Sequence record: OR544956
Reading direction: 5' to 3' (one strand)
From: Escherichia phage vB_EcoM_EP57
DNA length: 64,000 bases
Shown: positions 63,708 to 64,000 of the stretch, piece after piece
Layout: each line of letters begins with the position of its first letter
Position numbering within the stretch: position 1 is the first letter of the stretch
Position numbers and translations under genes: made by a program
The notes under the pieces: model-generated
Databases searched by the model: none
What the model saw: only the letters and a program-made list of their open reading frames with translations
What the model was told of the DNA's origin: nothing

Positions 63708-64000
63708 TATTCATCCTCCTCTGCAATACGATCTCTTACCCAATTAATCCTGTCCACATTCAGGTGACATACCTCTGCATCTGATTCTAAGACATATGCA
63801 TCGTAGTTCTCATTGAAGGGTAATTCTTGACTCAACCCTTTGTAGTAAAACTGTGCGTGCATTTCATCTGACAAGGTTGTTATAAGGGGATTGTAGCCAT
63901 CCGCGTGCACATAGTCGAATAAGTTGGCACACAAACCGCAATCCCGCCGAAAAGGTTTACCATCAGGAGCACCAACATCAATCCATGCTAGATAAATTTT
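63707..64000 (-). CDS. paralog family member D (5' end beyond window)
   Basis: frame open to window edge; IYLAWIDVGAPDGKPFRRDCGLCANLFDYV and HLNVDRINWVRDRIAEE; track M is an internal TTG. Confidence 0.45.
   Translation of the reverse strand, partial: KIYLAWIDVGAPDGKPFRRDCGLCANLFDYVHADGYNPLITTLSDEMHAQFYYKGLSQELPFNENYDAYVLESDAEVCHLNVDRINWVRDRIAEEDE

Noticed and set aside
55025-63784. Plus-strand track ORFs in the right-end minus-strand block (e.g. 59203..59415, 61022..61366, 63226..63630)
   Set aside because: Antisense to the coherent minus-strand gene array; several have low-complexity translations and no RBS.

Overview
This window reads as a segment of a virulent tailed dsDNA phage genome (AT-rich, E. 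coli-type sigma70 promoters, dense translationally coupled genes), with three blocks. (1) 1-21346, minus strand: a late structural/packaging module - tail fibre and baseplate genes, tape measure, a tail assembly chaperone pair with a canonical -1 slippery site, tail tube, a sheath-sized protein, head genes, portal, a large terminase whose P-loop is interrupted by a mini-intein, and overlapping spanins. (2) 21554-23757, minus strand: an operon of at least 14 tRNA genes, read by eye, driven by promoters sharing an AACTATTGACAA element and headed by a ~190-nt structured RNA. (3) 24916-54366, plus strand: an early/middle module with split ligase-like ORFs, RdgC-like protein, DEDD exonuclease, HNH endonuclease, ThyX-like protein, class I ribonucleotide reductase (nrdA, nrdB), a complete dTDP-L-rhamnose pathway (rmlB-rmlA-rmlC-rmlD) translationally coupled to a glutaredoxin, T4-type lysozyme, PhoH, HslV-like peptidase, two DNA methyltransferase-like proteins and a Ser/Thr phosphatase. 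The right end (54436-64000, minus strand) is an accessory block of small genes with a four-member paralog family and a serine recombinase. The most unusual content is the phage-borne rml operon inside the nucleotide-metabolism operon. Several long genes (tail fibre, tail tube, ligase, a small gene at 53830) are split by apparent frameshifts, which may be assembly indels. All calls are by eye from motifs and the ORF track; no database search was run.
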